19,824 nucleotides of DNA from NCBI GenBank assembly GCA_963796965.1, contig CAWCNS010000019.1, positions 1 to 19,824 of the forward strand. Reading direction: 5' to 3'. Source of the DNA: Calditrichia bacterium. Its GTDB lineage: Bacteria > Calditrichota > Calditrichia > JAJRVZ01. Shown in pieces: positions 1-11,016 of the stretch; positions within the stretch are counted from its first letter, which is position 1, and the number at the start of each line of letters is the position of its first letter. The position numbers and the translations under genes were made by a program. The notes beneath the pieces are model-generated. The model had not been told where the DNA came from and searched no databases. It saw only the letters and a program-made list of their open reading frames with translations.

Positions 1-250
1 AGTTGTTATTATATATGATGTTAATGGAAAATTGCTGATATCTGATTAACTTTTGTTAGAAAATGCTAATTAGTACCTTATTCGACATAATGTATCTTAA
101 CTTCTTTTTTAAAGCTTGAGATATGGTGTGGTGGTATGATTCTCTTTAGATGTTATTCACTTTTCGCACGAGTGTCCCTAAGTAGAAGGCATTCCTTTTA
201 CGACAGATAGGAAGCCTAACCGATAAATGGTCCCGCTTCTAAATATTAAA

Positions 251-3200
251 TCAAAGATTCCTTTCAATCAAATAATCGTTAATGGTCTTATAATCTGGGT
301 CGGTTTCAATTGATGGCTCTGCCTGTAGTATTCGTTTTAACACCTCGCGAAGTTTTTTAGATGGCCATTGCTGATCTTTGGTGAACACCATTGCAAGCAA
401 TCGAAGTATCTCAATAGGCTGCTGCTCTGGCAATTTCTTGGCATTAAGGTGAGCTAAGAAAAAAGAAAGATCTGAAACAGGTTTAATATAGGGCCGGAGA
501 AACTCAAGAGCCTCAATAAATGCTTCATCCAATTCGATAGCCATCAAGGCCAAGTATTCTGATGTTTTTTCCGAAACAAATGTTGCAGATCAGGCCATGC
601 TCTATTCATAAAGGGTTGAATCCGGTTTTGCCAATAATTATTAGAGCTTTTTGGATCCCCCGCAATACTACGCCAGAAAAAATCTGCGAGATGAACGAAA
701 CCCCTCTGCCCCTGCATCAACAAGCACGTCGTGTTGTTCTTTTCCCTTATATAAATCTGGGAATTCCAGACAAACAATTGTGAATAATTGAATCAGTCTT
801 TCTATCTTGACTCCTATCTTATTTGCATTCTTTATCGCGTTTGCTAAGTGTTTTTTAAGGGCAAAAGCCAAATCGGCTGAAATTCGTGGATTCCACAGAT
901 ATCCTTGCCAATACAAAGCAGCATTCTTTAAGTCTTTCCATTCAAACAAAGGAATAAGTTTCTTCTCTGTCCAGATAGGATCTATCGTATGAAAGTAATG
1001 TAAACGGGAAGCAAGAATTATTTTACCTGCAAGGAAATCTCGAGTCTTTGACGAAAACAGTTTGTTTAAACATTCTCCCAAAGGCCCATCTGGTATGCCC
1101 CCGCCAAATTCCAACTTACAGGCCCCAAGTCTATCTATCAACGCTTCTGTAATAATACCTATTGGATGATTGATTGCGTAGTTAACAGCGTCACGAATTG
1201 GCTCTTCACGATCCGAGACACTATTATTTAGAAGCAATTCAAAAATAACCCCAAAATAATGTTCTCCGTGTCCTCCACATTTAATTGATGATACATTATT
1301 ATTGGTCCAGTGTGCTATAGCCCATGCCTCTTCACTATAAAATTCCGGCATTGCATCTTGAAGTAATGGTGCAATTTCCTCCCAGGTGTTATCATCGCTA
1401 TCTGCAAGTCCCACCAAACCAGCATGCCAAATATTTCTATCCCAATTGCCTCTGACAGATAGATATTTTAAAGTCTCAATAGCTTTATCACTGTTATCCT
1501 TACAACCAATTCTAAAGAGGCCTAACCTGCCTTCAGCATATTGCTGGCTTTCCTGAGATAAAACATCGACAAGATCGGGAATATCTTTTGCGAAAATCTC
1601 ATCAATTGTTATGTCAACCTCATGACCCGATCCAGTCTCCATCCAAACATTAAATTCATCACGATCGCCCTCCTGTAAAACTCTTTTCGGATATTCTGAT
1701 TTGATTTGTTTTAGTGTTTCGGTCGCATTCGTAGGCAAGATTCCGCCAAAACTATCCAACTTGGAAAGCATTAGCCAGATATCGCTTTTAACTATATGAT
1801 CCCACTCTTCTGCGGTGAGATCGGCCCTATACATCTCTCTTGGCGGTCCTTGTAGGATTGTATTAACTAAATGAACAGCTGTTGCTTTATTAAGTTCAGG
1901 CCATAGAACAGCCAACAGTCTGAAAACTTCGCGGCGTGTTTCCAAAGCCCAAAGCCATTGTCCGTTATCTTCTAATAAATAATCAATCTTTACATCGGAC
2001 TCTGTTGGGCCCTCAAAAGTCATAGCATGAAGTGTAAGACGCCTAAATAATGGGTATTTAAATGAACGCCAAATACCCAAAATGGATTGGGCCTTTTCTC
2101 TATTATCTTCCCAGGTGGCCTCCCACAAGTCTCTACAAAGTTCAATTAAGATTACCCAGGATCGATAACGCCTATTTTGTGAATGTGGCGAAATCGAAGC
2201 CATGTCCCAATGACTACGATCATATATTTCGTTGTTAAAATTAGCAAAAGCCCAGAATTCAAGTGCTTTTTTTAGCGCATGGGAAATTGGGATCAACAAA
2301 CTTACTAAGTGGCGTGGATACGCCTTCAACTTGGTTAACTCATTTACATCCAATCAGAAAGACCGATCACAATCTCAATTTCATATGGAGGCTTTTTTAT
2401 AATTCGGTCTTCATTTGTATCACGCAAGAGACTAGACATATCAATTGATTTGTTAATCTTAAAAAAAGGCTCAATTTGCTTACAAAACTCAGACAAGGTC
2501 AATGGATCAATCTCTTTCCAAGACCTCGGACATGACCATATCCGTTACTTAAAAGATCTCTTTCACATTTTACAAAATTTGAAGTGACTATTTTCCAGAA
2601 CCTAAAATATGGTTCATTGGGCGGATCACTTTTTATATGTCTTGAAATGATGTCTTTAAGAACTGGATGCAAACATGATCCATGATCAATAATCCAGTGT
2701 ATGAGGGTGTCTGACCCTAAATGGTGCAAAAACCAGTGCCACAGTTCATATGAAATCTTATTAGGCCCTAATAGGTTAGATTCATATGATGACCAGGTTA
2801 CTGGGTATACAAGGTGACGATTCTCAGCAATAAATAATAATCCCTTGCTATCGAGCACAGGTAACCATTCAATTGGTGCTGCAGGATTATCCAATTTACT
2901 AAAGACTTTTGCAGGGTAACCTGTAACATTCTCTTGATTGGGTATTATTTTTTCGGACAACACATCGATCAGCTGTATCACACTTGGATCTTGGTCATAA
3001 GGCGGCAGTGGGGCAGAAGGTGCTTCTTTAATAATGATTCGCGCTTTTGCATTCAATCCATCTCTAACATAGTTACCCCACTCTTTAAGAGTGTTATATA
3101 AATTACTGTGTCTGTATGAGTACAAGACTGGTTCAATACCTCTTTCCTTCCAGATTTTCTCAGTATCAGACCACTTAGATGGTTTGGAGGCAGCGAATAT

Positions 3201-3929
3201 GTAAGGTTTTTTAAAAACTTTATCTCCACGCAGTCTCTCCGAGGCAATTGCATCTGTCATGTAACGAATCACCGGATCATTGACGCTATAGCCAACAAAA
3301 AGAACAGTAAAATTGCGAAACAATTCAGTAATAAATCTACTTGCCCAGCCCTCAGTTAAATACGCTGACCCGAAATCACCACTGGTAAAAATTAACTCTT
3401 CACCGTTTGGATCTTTCTCAGAAATTATTCCGTGCAAATGCACCACGCTTGCCCATTTATAAGGTTTAGGAACAGGCAACTTTGGTGCGGCATCAATGTC
3501 GCTTTGTGAAACAAATTTCAAAAATCCGTGGTCTACATTAGTAGTTACCAAACGTGTCTTCTGGTTTATTGTTTTTGATAGCAGTAAAATTGCCTGATGA
3601 TTTTGTAAATTAGCACCATCTGCAATAGTCAACTCCTGAATAATTGCCTTTCGAACAAGATTGACACCTGATTTGTGATCACCCAAGATTCTTTTCTCCA
3701 GCAACCCCAATGCACGGTCATAGAATCCGGTCTTTATTGCTTCTGCCTCTAAATCAGTCTTATTTTCACAAAGGCTGTCGTAAACCCTATCGACCAACCC
3801 ACGAAATCCTGGCAGATCAGCTGAATAGGAAACTCCAGCACCGCAGAAAAATACAAGGGTCTCTGATTCTTGTGCCTCAATCAGTTCTAATGGAATATTC
3901 GGTGAACCTTTACGTGTAATAAACTTCAT
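251..3929 (-). CDS. dsr1: Defence-associated sirtuin, Dsr1-like (N-terminal SIR2_2 NADase, long helical body, DUF4020-like C-terminus); frameshifted in this sequence
   Basis: The N-terminus MKFITRKGSPNIPLELIEAQESETLVFFCGAGVS resembles Dsr1 starts. SIR2 motifs GAGVS, LVTTNVD, VHLHG and FVGYSVNDP are present. ORFs 2499-3929, 668-2353, 544-777 and 251-553 join through 1-nt shifts near 2510, 2350, 700 and 560 (bridges EIDPLTLSEFCKQIEPFF...IGLSDW, HLADFFWRSI...YWQNRIQPFMNRAWP, SEKTSEYLALMAIE), giving ~1,225 codons. Confidence 0.8.
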
Positions 3930-4160
3930 AACAACACCAAGTTTTTGCTAATTTCATTTTTCGGTTATTGGCACAAAGAATCACCAAATGTCTAAAACTC
4001 ACATGCTATTATTTACGTAATCCGAAGATATTGATCAAATATCTTATCTAATTCCTTTTGTTCAGAGCCAAACCAACCAATAATCGTAATTAAGTGATCC
4101 CCACTTTATTAGTATTTTGAGGTGCTACCCCCAGGCAACTTTCTTCGCCAACCCTGAATA

Positions 4161-4219
4161 ACATAACAACGATTTTAAGCCGCAGCAATAATCTATCGGC
4201 TGCAAAAGTCCCGTTTAAT
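4161..4219 (-). mobile_element. Integron attC-like recombination site (59 bp)
   Basis: The minus strand reads ATTAAAC-gggact-TTTGCAGC-CGA-tagattattgct-GCG-GCTTAAA-atcgtt-GTTATGT, i.e. R''/L''/L'/R' layout with AAC...GTT ends. The stem closely resembles aadA-type attC (TTCAAGCCGAC...GCGGCTTAA). It begins 8 nt after the HNH stop codon. R'' is imperfect and the left spacer is 6 rather than 5 nt. Confidence 0.7.
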
Positions 4220-4227
4220 GATATATA

Positions 4228-5223
4228 TTAGCTAATTGACCTCACTTCGAGATCAAGTATTTTTCGATTGTTTACATTAAAGAGATGACCGCTCCTAATA
4301 TTTTTTATCTCACCTGAGAAATTTCTGGCCAAAGAAATTCTATAGTTTGCCCAATTGCAGAGCGAGATCTGGGAGACAATGGATATTCTGTCAGCAGCCC
4401 AATTTACGGTAACTATATGCCCAAGGCGCCTCCTGCCTTCGACTTGTTCATCCCCTAAAATTGGATTGCTTTCGACCCTCACAAGAGGATATTCAGTCAG
4501 TTTGCCATACCGAATGAAGTTTCTCAATGGGTCAAAGGATTGATGTAAAAGGAAATCGCTTCCTTCCCAGTAGGTAAGATAATTAAAAGCTATTTTTGCC
4601 ACAGTTCAAAAATGGTACTATCAATCAAATACTCTACTTCACAAAGCAAATCCTCTTTATGGTTTTCTGATGGACCTGCCTTACCCTGATATTCAAACTT
4701 AATTTTTTTTTCAGATAGGATTTGGCGTACGGTATCAACATCAATACCAAAAACTCTAATGCATCTTGAATGTTTCAAATCAAATCCATTATTATCCAGA
4801 TAACTTTTATGTGGAATCTGATCTAATAGAAAGTATTCGTACTCTGGCGGTTCATTTTTCAAGAAACCAATTTGAGGCAAAGGTTTTATCACGATGTTAT
4901 CTTTTTCTTTAGAATATTCCTTATAAACATAAGCTCCTTTATATTCGCCTTCTGAAATCTTTATTGTCATTCTGCTTCGCTTACCAAGGGATTTGAAATA
5001 TTTTCGGGGCTTTCAACTCGAATTCGAACCTGGACGCCCCCTCAAACGAGTCTCTGGCCATAACGATTTCAAGGTTGTCTCCAAAGTACTGATTGCAGTC
5101 GTCACATACTGTATTCACTAAAGTGAGATTATTTGTAAACAAGCCAAAGGATTGAGGCATAACATGTTCAACTTTAGTAAAGGCGGAGAGGGGTTTGTCC
5201 TCAATACAATAAACACATTTCAT
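4228..5223 (-). CDS. HNH endonuclease (HNH_5-like, Zn-binding), frameshifted
   Basis: CVYC...EHVMPQSFG...VCDDCNQYFG motif at the N-terminus. ORFs 4981-5223, 4590-4970 and 4228-4602 join via shifts near 4995 (KYFKSLGKRSRMTIK) and 4605 (RTVAKIAFNYL, a motif typical of this family), giving ~330 codons. Confidence 0.8.
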
Positions 5224-5335
5224 TCGGGTTGCCCACCTTAAAAGCCTGAGATAAATCTGACATCCTTAATCCTGATTGCATTGACTATCGCTCATCGGAT
5301 TTGCGTTCATCCTTTATCTTACTTTTTTCAAAAAC

Positions 5336-6584
5336 TTAAAATCTTATATTAGGTCTTAAAAAGGAAGGTGTCCCAGCATAATTAAGAGCATTAAGTAATT
5401 TGTCTAAAAATATCATACCATTTTTTTCTAAATCACCATCAAGAGAAAAAACTAAACTCCTAATTCTATTATCACCTATAGTTTCATCTAAGTAGTCCTG
5501 TTATATTGGAAGGATAAATTAGAACAGCTTCAGAACAATTTTTAACTTCTGAGTATGTAACAACCTGTGCAATATCATCTGAGGAGGGTGAAGACTTCGC
5601 TTTATATTTTGTGTCAAGAACACATAGTGCCTTTGCTGTTGATGCATCATATAATACTAAATCAATGTTAAACCGTATGTTGTCATCATTTCCTATCGAA
5701 ACATTTTCTTGATACTTCAACAGAATATTTGAAGGGAGGTTCTTCCTAAGCCATTCTGAGACAAATAGTTCAAATAGACGGGGCATGTTAATCAAGAATG
5801 GAAGCATTAAGTGGTTTCCAATTTCATGGCTTGGACCTTCTTGATCAAGAAAAAAGGCACATAATGCATGGAGAGATAAATAATCATTATTTAGACGATT
5901 ATAAATCCGGCACTTGCAACTCGATGAATTGTGGGGGATTAGGTTTGAAAAGCCTTGTAACGATCGAAATGATCGACGAATAGCAGGAAGAGAGTTGTCT
6001 GTACACCTGCCGCTTTGTGCGATTCTATGCAATGTCCACATTAAAATCTGGTTGTCTGGAATATCTGCGGTATGATTCTCATATGTACACTTAAGTTTTA
6101 CATCCCAAGGTCTGTTTATAGCGTTTCTAACATCCAGTTGGCCTCTGACATATGGCAACCTTTCATTTTCAGGAATATATTTTCGATAATATCCTTTACG
6201 ACTTCTATCCAATATTCGTAGGGCGAGTATTTTTGCCAGTTGCTCGTAAAAGTCATCAAGAGATTTACAGGCTGTAATACCTTTCAGAAATTTAAAACTT
6301 TTCAACCTATATGCGTATTCAAGCATTCTGAAAATATTGGTAAGTTCGACCTTAGGTTTTAATGTTATGCTACAATTTTTTGCTAAGGGGATATGTCCGA
6401 CCCAACCTTTGGATATAAGTTTCCAATTGCCGTCAGTTTTCGGAGAAGGGAAATCAACATCGACTACATTATCGTAGTTACGCCATAAGGTGTCGCCTAA
6501 TTCATAGGAAAGTAAAGTAGGCTCGATTGATTTGGCCTTATATTCGTGAAGTTCAATAATCCGATGTTTTTGATTTGCCATCAT
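5336..6584 (-). CDS. mcrC: McrC, PD-(D/E)XK nuclease subunit of McrBC-type modification-dependent restriction
   Basis: Motifs GWVGHIPL, ITLKPKV, NIFRMLEYAY, VRGQLD, DIPDNQIL, MPRLFELFV, IDLVL...VLDTKYK and DIAQVVTY. The ORF track stops at 5484, but a frame shift continues DYLDETIGDNRIRSLVFSLDGDLEKNG...* to 5336. The start overlaps the mcrB stop (ATGA at 6581-6584). Confidence 0.9.
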
Positions 6585-7859
6585 AGTATTTGGTTGCTGA
6601 TTTTACCCCACCTAAACTCTCCGACCTTCTCTGGTTGGTCGAAAAAATATTCTTCTAAATATGGTTCGATTTCCATTCGCCATACATCTTCAATTTGATC
6701 AAATATGTCTTCAAGAAGGAAGAAGGTAATTCCAACTTCATAATGAGGATCGGCTATTTGTAGATTGAGTTTTCTTAGTATGTTTATCAATCCACTGACA
6801 TTAAAACCGGTGTTTTCATGGTAAGATTTCAATACTTCATAATTCGGCTTCAAAGATAGAAATGCGAATCTTCTTCTTAAGGCATGATCAACAAGTGCAA
6901 TTGAGCGGTCTGCGGTATTCATTGTTCCAATTAATTTTAATATTTTCCGGTATGCGTAGTTCTCCACCTGACGCAATAGGTATTTTTTGATCGTCGATAT
7001 TCAAGTAAATACATCAATTCTCCAAATACCCTGGATAAATTGGCACGATTAATTTCGTCAATTATCAATACGCAAGTGCCTATGCATTCTTCCGCTTTTT
7101 CACAAAAATTAATAAATCGCCCAGGGATCATTGCGTATTCAAGTTGACCATTTAAATTAACTAATGGACGTAATCCTTGAATAAAATCTTCGTATGAATA
7201 CGTAGGATGAAATTGGACAAGTTCATAAAATCCATCACCCCCACCGATCAAATATTTTGCAATATGGTTGGCAATAAAAGTTTTGCCGGTACCGGGCGGA
7301 CCGTAAATAATGGCCTGATTTTTTCTGTTAATGGCTTGTATCCAACGTTGAAGCTCGGTATTATCAATTCCGGTGATATTGGATATATGTTCCAATGGAA
7401 TAATTTCATTGATTGTTTTTGGGGGAGGTTCAACAATGCCGCGATCTGATACTATACGTAATATTTCTTCAAATTCATCTTCAGTAGCTGAAAAATTTGT
7501 TCCCTGATATCCAACTTTCAAATTTTGTAGTTTTGGGTTTGATTTAATTTCAGCATGGAATATTGGATCATCAACAAGTGAAATATCAACAGCTAAATCA
7601 CATCGATCTATTTCAATATTTTCTCCATCCTCCATATAGTATTGTTCTTGATCTTCGCTGTCATATCCTCTGTAAACATCAGTTGTAATTGTCCCGAGCG
7701 CATAGCATCCCGAATTTGATCCAGTAATCCACAAAATGAATTTATCACCCTTTTTGATTCGTTTTTTATGGGCAGCTACAGACCATGTGGTTAAATTGTT
7801 TTCCTCCAATGCCCTGAATGACATCAAATAATATTCGGGTTACCCTGGAAAATCCAATA
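6581..7859 (-). CDS. mcrB: McrB core: EVE-like domain plus AAA+ GTPase (C-terminal part of the large McrB)
   Basis: Walker A YGPPGTGKT, VQFHPTYSYEDFIQG, Walker B LIIDEINRANLSRVFGEL, and the McrB signature GTMNTADRSIALVDHALRRRF. An EVE-like YWIFQGNP...W...IKKGDKFILW...GCYALG segment starts at ~7859. Frameshifts occur near 7820 and 6940-6990. Confidence 0.92.
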
Positions 7860-10628
7860 CGAGGGAATATTAAAAGTCGGAATCCCTTCAGAAAGTAATG
7901 GGGAAATTTTATCTGGATCAAAAATGGCCTCTGTTATTTCTGAATATTGTATTTTCTTAAGTTGCTTATTTTCCAGTTAATAAATCTTTTCGAAATGTTC
8001 TCAAATGTGTCTTTTATAACTCGATCTTTAAATTTCTCATTTGGGGATTGTAAGATCTCAATTGGTAATTCAAAAACCGAGATACTGGGTTCACTGTTTT
8101 TAAAGGGGTCCCATTTTTGAAAATCATCAGTAAATCAAATTGGTCATCAAAAAGAGCGATTCCCAAATCATATTTTGAATATTCAGGTCCGTAAAATTGA
8201 AGAACAGCCCAATTCCCATAATTCAGTCGTAAAACCCGACCTTTATGTGAAAGGGTAATGGCAACACGGGGGTCATTAGCATCTTTAACGCCAAGGAAAC
8301 TTAAGAATCTTTCCCAGGTATCTAAGTGCCCATTCTGCATCGTTTCGAGTTTAAATATCTTATCAAATGGTTCTGGAAGGTCAGATGCAGAAAGCAATTC
8401 TTCAATTTCAATTTCAGATTAATTCTGATTTTATTAATTCAACTCTGTATTCAAATGGTATTTTTGTTTGATAAAACTCCATAAATTCAATGCTTTTACG
8501 CAATAGCTCCGGATCAACATTCTTGGAAATGCGTTCTTTTTTATGTCCGTAATCCGATAAGTTAGACTAAATTCATTCTTTAAATATTCCTTTAGATCGG
8601 TATTATTGTCATAGCGAAGCTGAAGTGTGTCAGTATCAAGATTAGTCCGTTTAATATTTCTAAGATTTGCATCGAATATTTTGTCATCAAATATTAGCTT
8701 GATATCTTTTGAGTGACCACGATCTACGTGAGCACCATCATTAGCGGCTTCAAAATACTTATGAAAGGGAATTGGTATATGTGTCCCATATTTGAAAACT
8801 GAAAGGTCTACTTTCTTTATACCAATTAGCTGATCTAATTTTCTGGCCTTGACCAACTTCTTACTGACAATTCTATATCCTTTTTATCACCCTTCGAAGA
8901 TTTGTCTTCAGTTCCCATTGCAGTTAACTTATCAGTGCTCCATACCTTAGCAAAATCTGGCCATCTTGTTTCTTTTTGAGAGTTTTGGATAGTTAATAAC
9001 GCAGATTCGTTAAAACGAAAAAGATAACCCTGCTTAATGCCACCAGTTGTATCGATCGGTCCATGTTCAATATTAAGTTTGAGAACATTCTGATTAAATT
9101 TAACAAGAGAAATCGGAGGATCTAACTCATGGTATCTAACACGTACTATTCGACCGTCTTCTTCCCAATCATGGCTTTCAAGTGAATGAGGTTTTTTTTC
9201 AATTGTGGCAGTTGTTTCTGCCACACTTACATATCGCAAATATCCATTTGCATAGTGTAGAATAATATCTTCCTTTTGTATCTCTTTTAAAGTATCCCAA
9301 TGATAAATAGATTTTCCATCTTTTGACTTTAAGGGAGCCCAAATAAAGCTATCTTTTAATTCAGCAGATAATGATGCTCCCTGGTTAACCCACCAAATCG
9401 ATTTTTCTTTTGGCGGTGGAAGGCCTTCTTGATTCAAAATATAAAGAAACCAATCAAGCTCTAAAAAATCTTCAGCGCCAAGTTCTTCTTTCAATCGATG
9501 GACACTTTTTTGAAATTGTTCTAAAGAGCTTGCATCATAGCCAACATATTTTGTTAAAGCTTCAATTGATTGCTTGTTATAAATCGCAAATTCATTTGGG
9601 TGAAATACCATTACAAGCCCTGTGCCAATATTCGGTCCAAATCCAGGGATATTCATTATACGTTTAGCCTTTTCCATTGGCCTAAGCGCTTCATCTTTTA
9701 GGATTTCCGAGGCTTTTTTTATATGTTTTAATTTTATCGAATTATCTTTTTCGCGTGGAAAATATATTTTGCTGCCCGCACCCCATATTTGATTACCATG
9801 TAGTTCAAGGTCACCGTTGTCGTATGCTTCTATAAGTTTATCCACCTCTTCTGGGCTCGGTCGTTTATTCAGATATAACAGACCTGTTCCCATTTCTTGA
9901 CCATTCAATGTACTCCCGCTATCTGATCGCCAAACTTCTTGATTGAAAATTTCAACGTCCAAATTTTCGATATCGGAAAGAAGCTTAATTATCTTTGGTG
10001 AGTGTTTTCGTCTCACTTCCAGAATTAATTTATAAAAAGTATCTTCGCTAAATTCATTAAATTTGTCTTTTATTGCTTTTAATAATTTTAATTCGCCGTT
10101 CTGGTCATATTCTTGATTTGATATCTTTTTATTTACTCGACTGTTTAGATACTTTATTCATCAATTCAACTATCTCATCATATTGACTATCCAAATTATA
10201 AACAGTAGTTAATCCTCCCATGCTATTAGTTAGTGAGTCACTCATCAAATCACGTGAAAAGATGCCAATCCAATCAATTCTTCTTGTATGCGAGAAACCT
10301 TCTTTAATAGCGTCCGGAATAAATTCATATTCACCGATAACTTTCCCAGAAGCACAGTTCGATTAACTCTATCAGGTGTTAGGACAATATCATTAACTGA
10401 TATTTCGTGAGCGAATCGATAAAGCTGCCCCGCAGCACTACCAACTTTGTACTCAGTTGCTTCTGGTTGATTTGATCGATATAAATCTTTGATGCTTTCT
10501 TTATCGAATATGTTTTTTATACTTTCAGTTACACCAAACCTAATAGCAACCATCCCCTTACTTATGACCCTATCAATCACACCCTCGCCTTTGGGGACTC
10601 GGACAACCCATACATGTATATCATCCAT
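6581..10628 (-). CDS. mcrB: Reconstructed giant multidomain McrB (~1,350 aa), broken by roughly ten indels
   Basis: There is a single clear start (ATG 10628 with AAGGAG at 10637-10642). ORFs 10245-10628, 8835-10016, 8434-8856, 8014-8397, 6937-7827 and 6581-6976 are bridged by overlapping open frames with protein-like translations, with no intergenic gaps and no clear internal RBS/ATG. The junction near 8420 is the least certain. Confidence 0.6.
7900..8420 (-). CDS. McrB accessory domain of unknown function (fragment of large McrB)
   Basis: LPEPFDKIFKTRNDAEWAL..LGVKDANDPRVAITL..LRLNYGNWAVL, continuing across shifts to FINWKISNLRKYN..EITEAIFDPDK and into the EVE-like domain. It resembles N-terminal segments of other McrB-like proteins as I recall them; not verified. 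Confidence 0.5.
8420..8856 (-). CDS. Putative DNA-binding domain (KKVDxS...GTHIP...LQLRY type; fragment of large McrB)
   Basis: IKKVDLSVFKYGTHIP...RGHSKDIKLIFDDKIFDANLRN...DTLQLRY, continuing after a shift near 8540 as EFMEFYQTKIPFEYRVELI. The pattern resembles domains seen N-terminal to HNH nucleases; a B3/EcoRII-N-like fold is a guess. Confidence 0.5.
8835..10150 (-). CDS. HhH-like helical domain plus PUA/EVE-like domain (fragment of large McrB)
   Basis: IPGFGPNIGTGLVMVFHPNEFAIYNKQSIEAL...DFLELDWFLY (helix-hairpin-helix-like), followed by IWWVNQG..ELKDSFIWAP..HWDTLKEIQKEDIILHY..QGYLF (PUA/EVE-like). The frame is open upstream of the GTG at 10016 to about 10157. Confidence 0.6.
10129..10628 (-). 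CDS. PUA-like N-terminal domain of the kind found on Mrr-family restriction proteins (first domain of large McrB, or a stand-alone ~165-aa gene)
   Basis: VWVVRV..G..KGMVAIRFG..AGQLYRFAHEISVNDIVLTP..VLLG, continuing after a shift at ~10345 as KVIGEYEF..SHTRRIDWIGIFSRDLMSDSLTNSMGGLTTVYNL. Strong RBS. Confidence 0.7.
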
Positions 10629-10651
10629 CTGAAAAACTCCTTATCCTCGTG

Positions 10652-10693
10652 AAAAAGAAAAGCCCCGATTCTCTTATTGAGAACCAGGGCTTT
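10652..10693 (-). terminator. Intrinsic terminator in the leader of the defence operon
   Basis: The minus-strand RNA is GCCCUGGUUCUC-AAUAA-GAGAAUCGGGGC-UUUUCUUUUU. The 12-bp stem is fully paired only on this strand (two G-U pairs) and is followed by a U-tract. Confidence 0.8.
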
Positions 10694-10742
10694 AGTGGAT
10701 TATTTCATGGCCATCCCATATTTAGCTTAGCGGGTTATTTAG

Positions 10743-10782
10743 TAATTTTATAAAATTATCATAGCGTTCTTACATATGTCAA
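10743..10782 (-). promoter_or_regulatory. Sigma70-type promoter for the leader/mcrB operon with an overlapping palindrome
   Basis: TTGACA (10782-10777), a 16-nt spacer and GATAAT (10760-10755). A perfect 16-bp palindrome TAATTTTATAAAATTA at 10743-10758 overlaps the -10/start region. Confidence 0.55.
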
Positions 10783-10891
10783 TGAACAACAACCTAATAA
10801 TTTATTTTGATTATTCATCCTCATTTAAAATATCAAAATATAGGGTCTACGTTATCTCTGTATATTATCATCAATGAGTGCCCAAAATATA

Positions 10892-10970
10892 TATTTGATA
10901 AAAAGGAACGTATATACTGATATTGATATTCGATAAAAACTATTTACTTTTATCGAATAATATATATAAT
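10892..10970 (+). promoter_or_regulatory. res-like recombinase binding region and probable recombinase promoter
   Basis: Perfect 12-bp inverted repeat TATTCGATAAAA (10927-10938) / TTTTATCGAATA (10948-10959) with a 9-nt spacer, plus a third near-copy TATTTGATAAAA (10892-10903). A TTTACT-N16-TATAAT promoter (10943-10970) overlaps it. Confidence 0.55.
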
Positions 10971-11016
10971 AATAACAATATTTCATATTAACTCCAAAAT
11001 ACAAAAGATTGCCATC

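Noticed and set aside
1..250. Second attC downstream of the SIR2 gene (GTTAGGC near 213-220, TTCTAAC near 55-62 on the minus strand)
   Set aside because: The boxes are in the wrong order or lack a partner and form no L-box hairpin; the window edge limits the view.
3925..4160. attC-like CAATAAC...GTTATGA at the SIR2 start, and a possible small gene remnant (EQKELDKIFDQYLRIT)
   Set aside because: There is no internal stem and the span is too short; there is no start codon or continuous frame for the remnant.
10838..10880. Possible fourth copy of the TAGGG...ATCATC..TGA repeat upstream of the recombinase
   Set aside because: The similarity is limited to two short words with different spacing, in AT-rich DNA.
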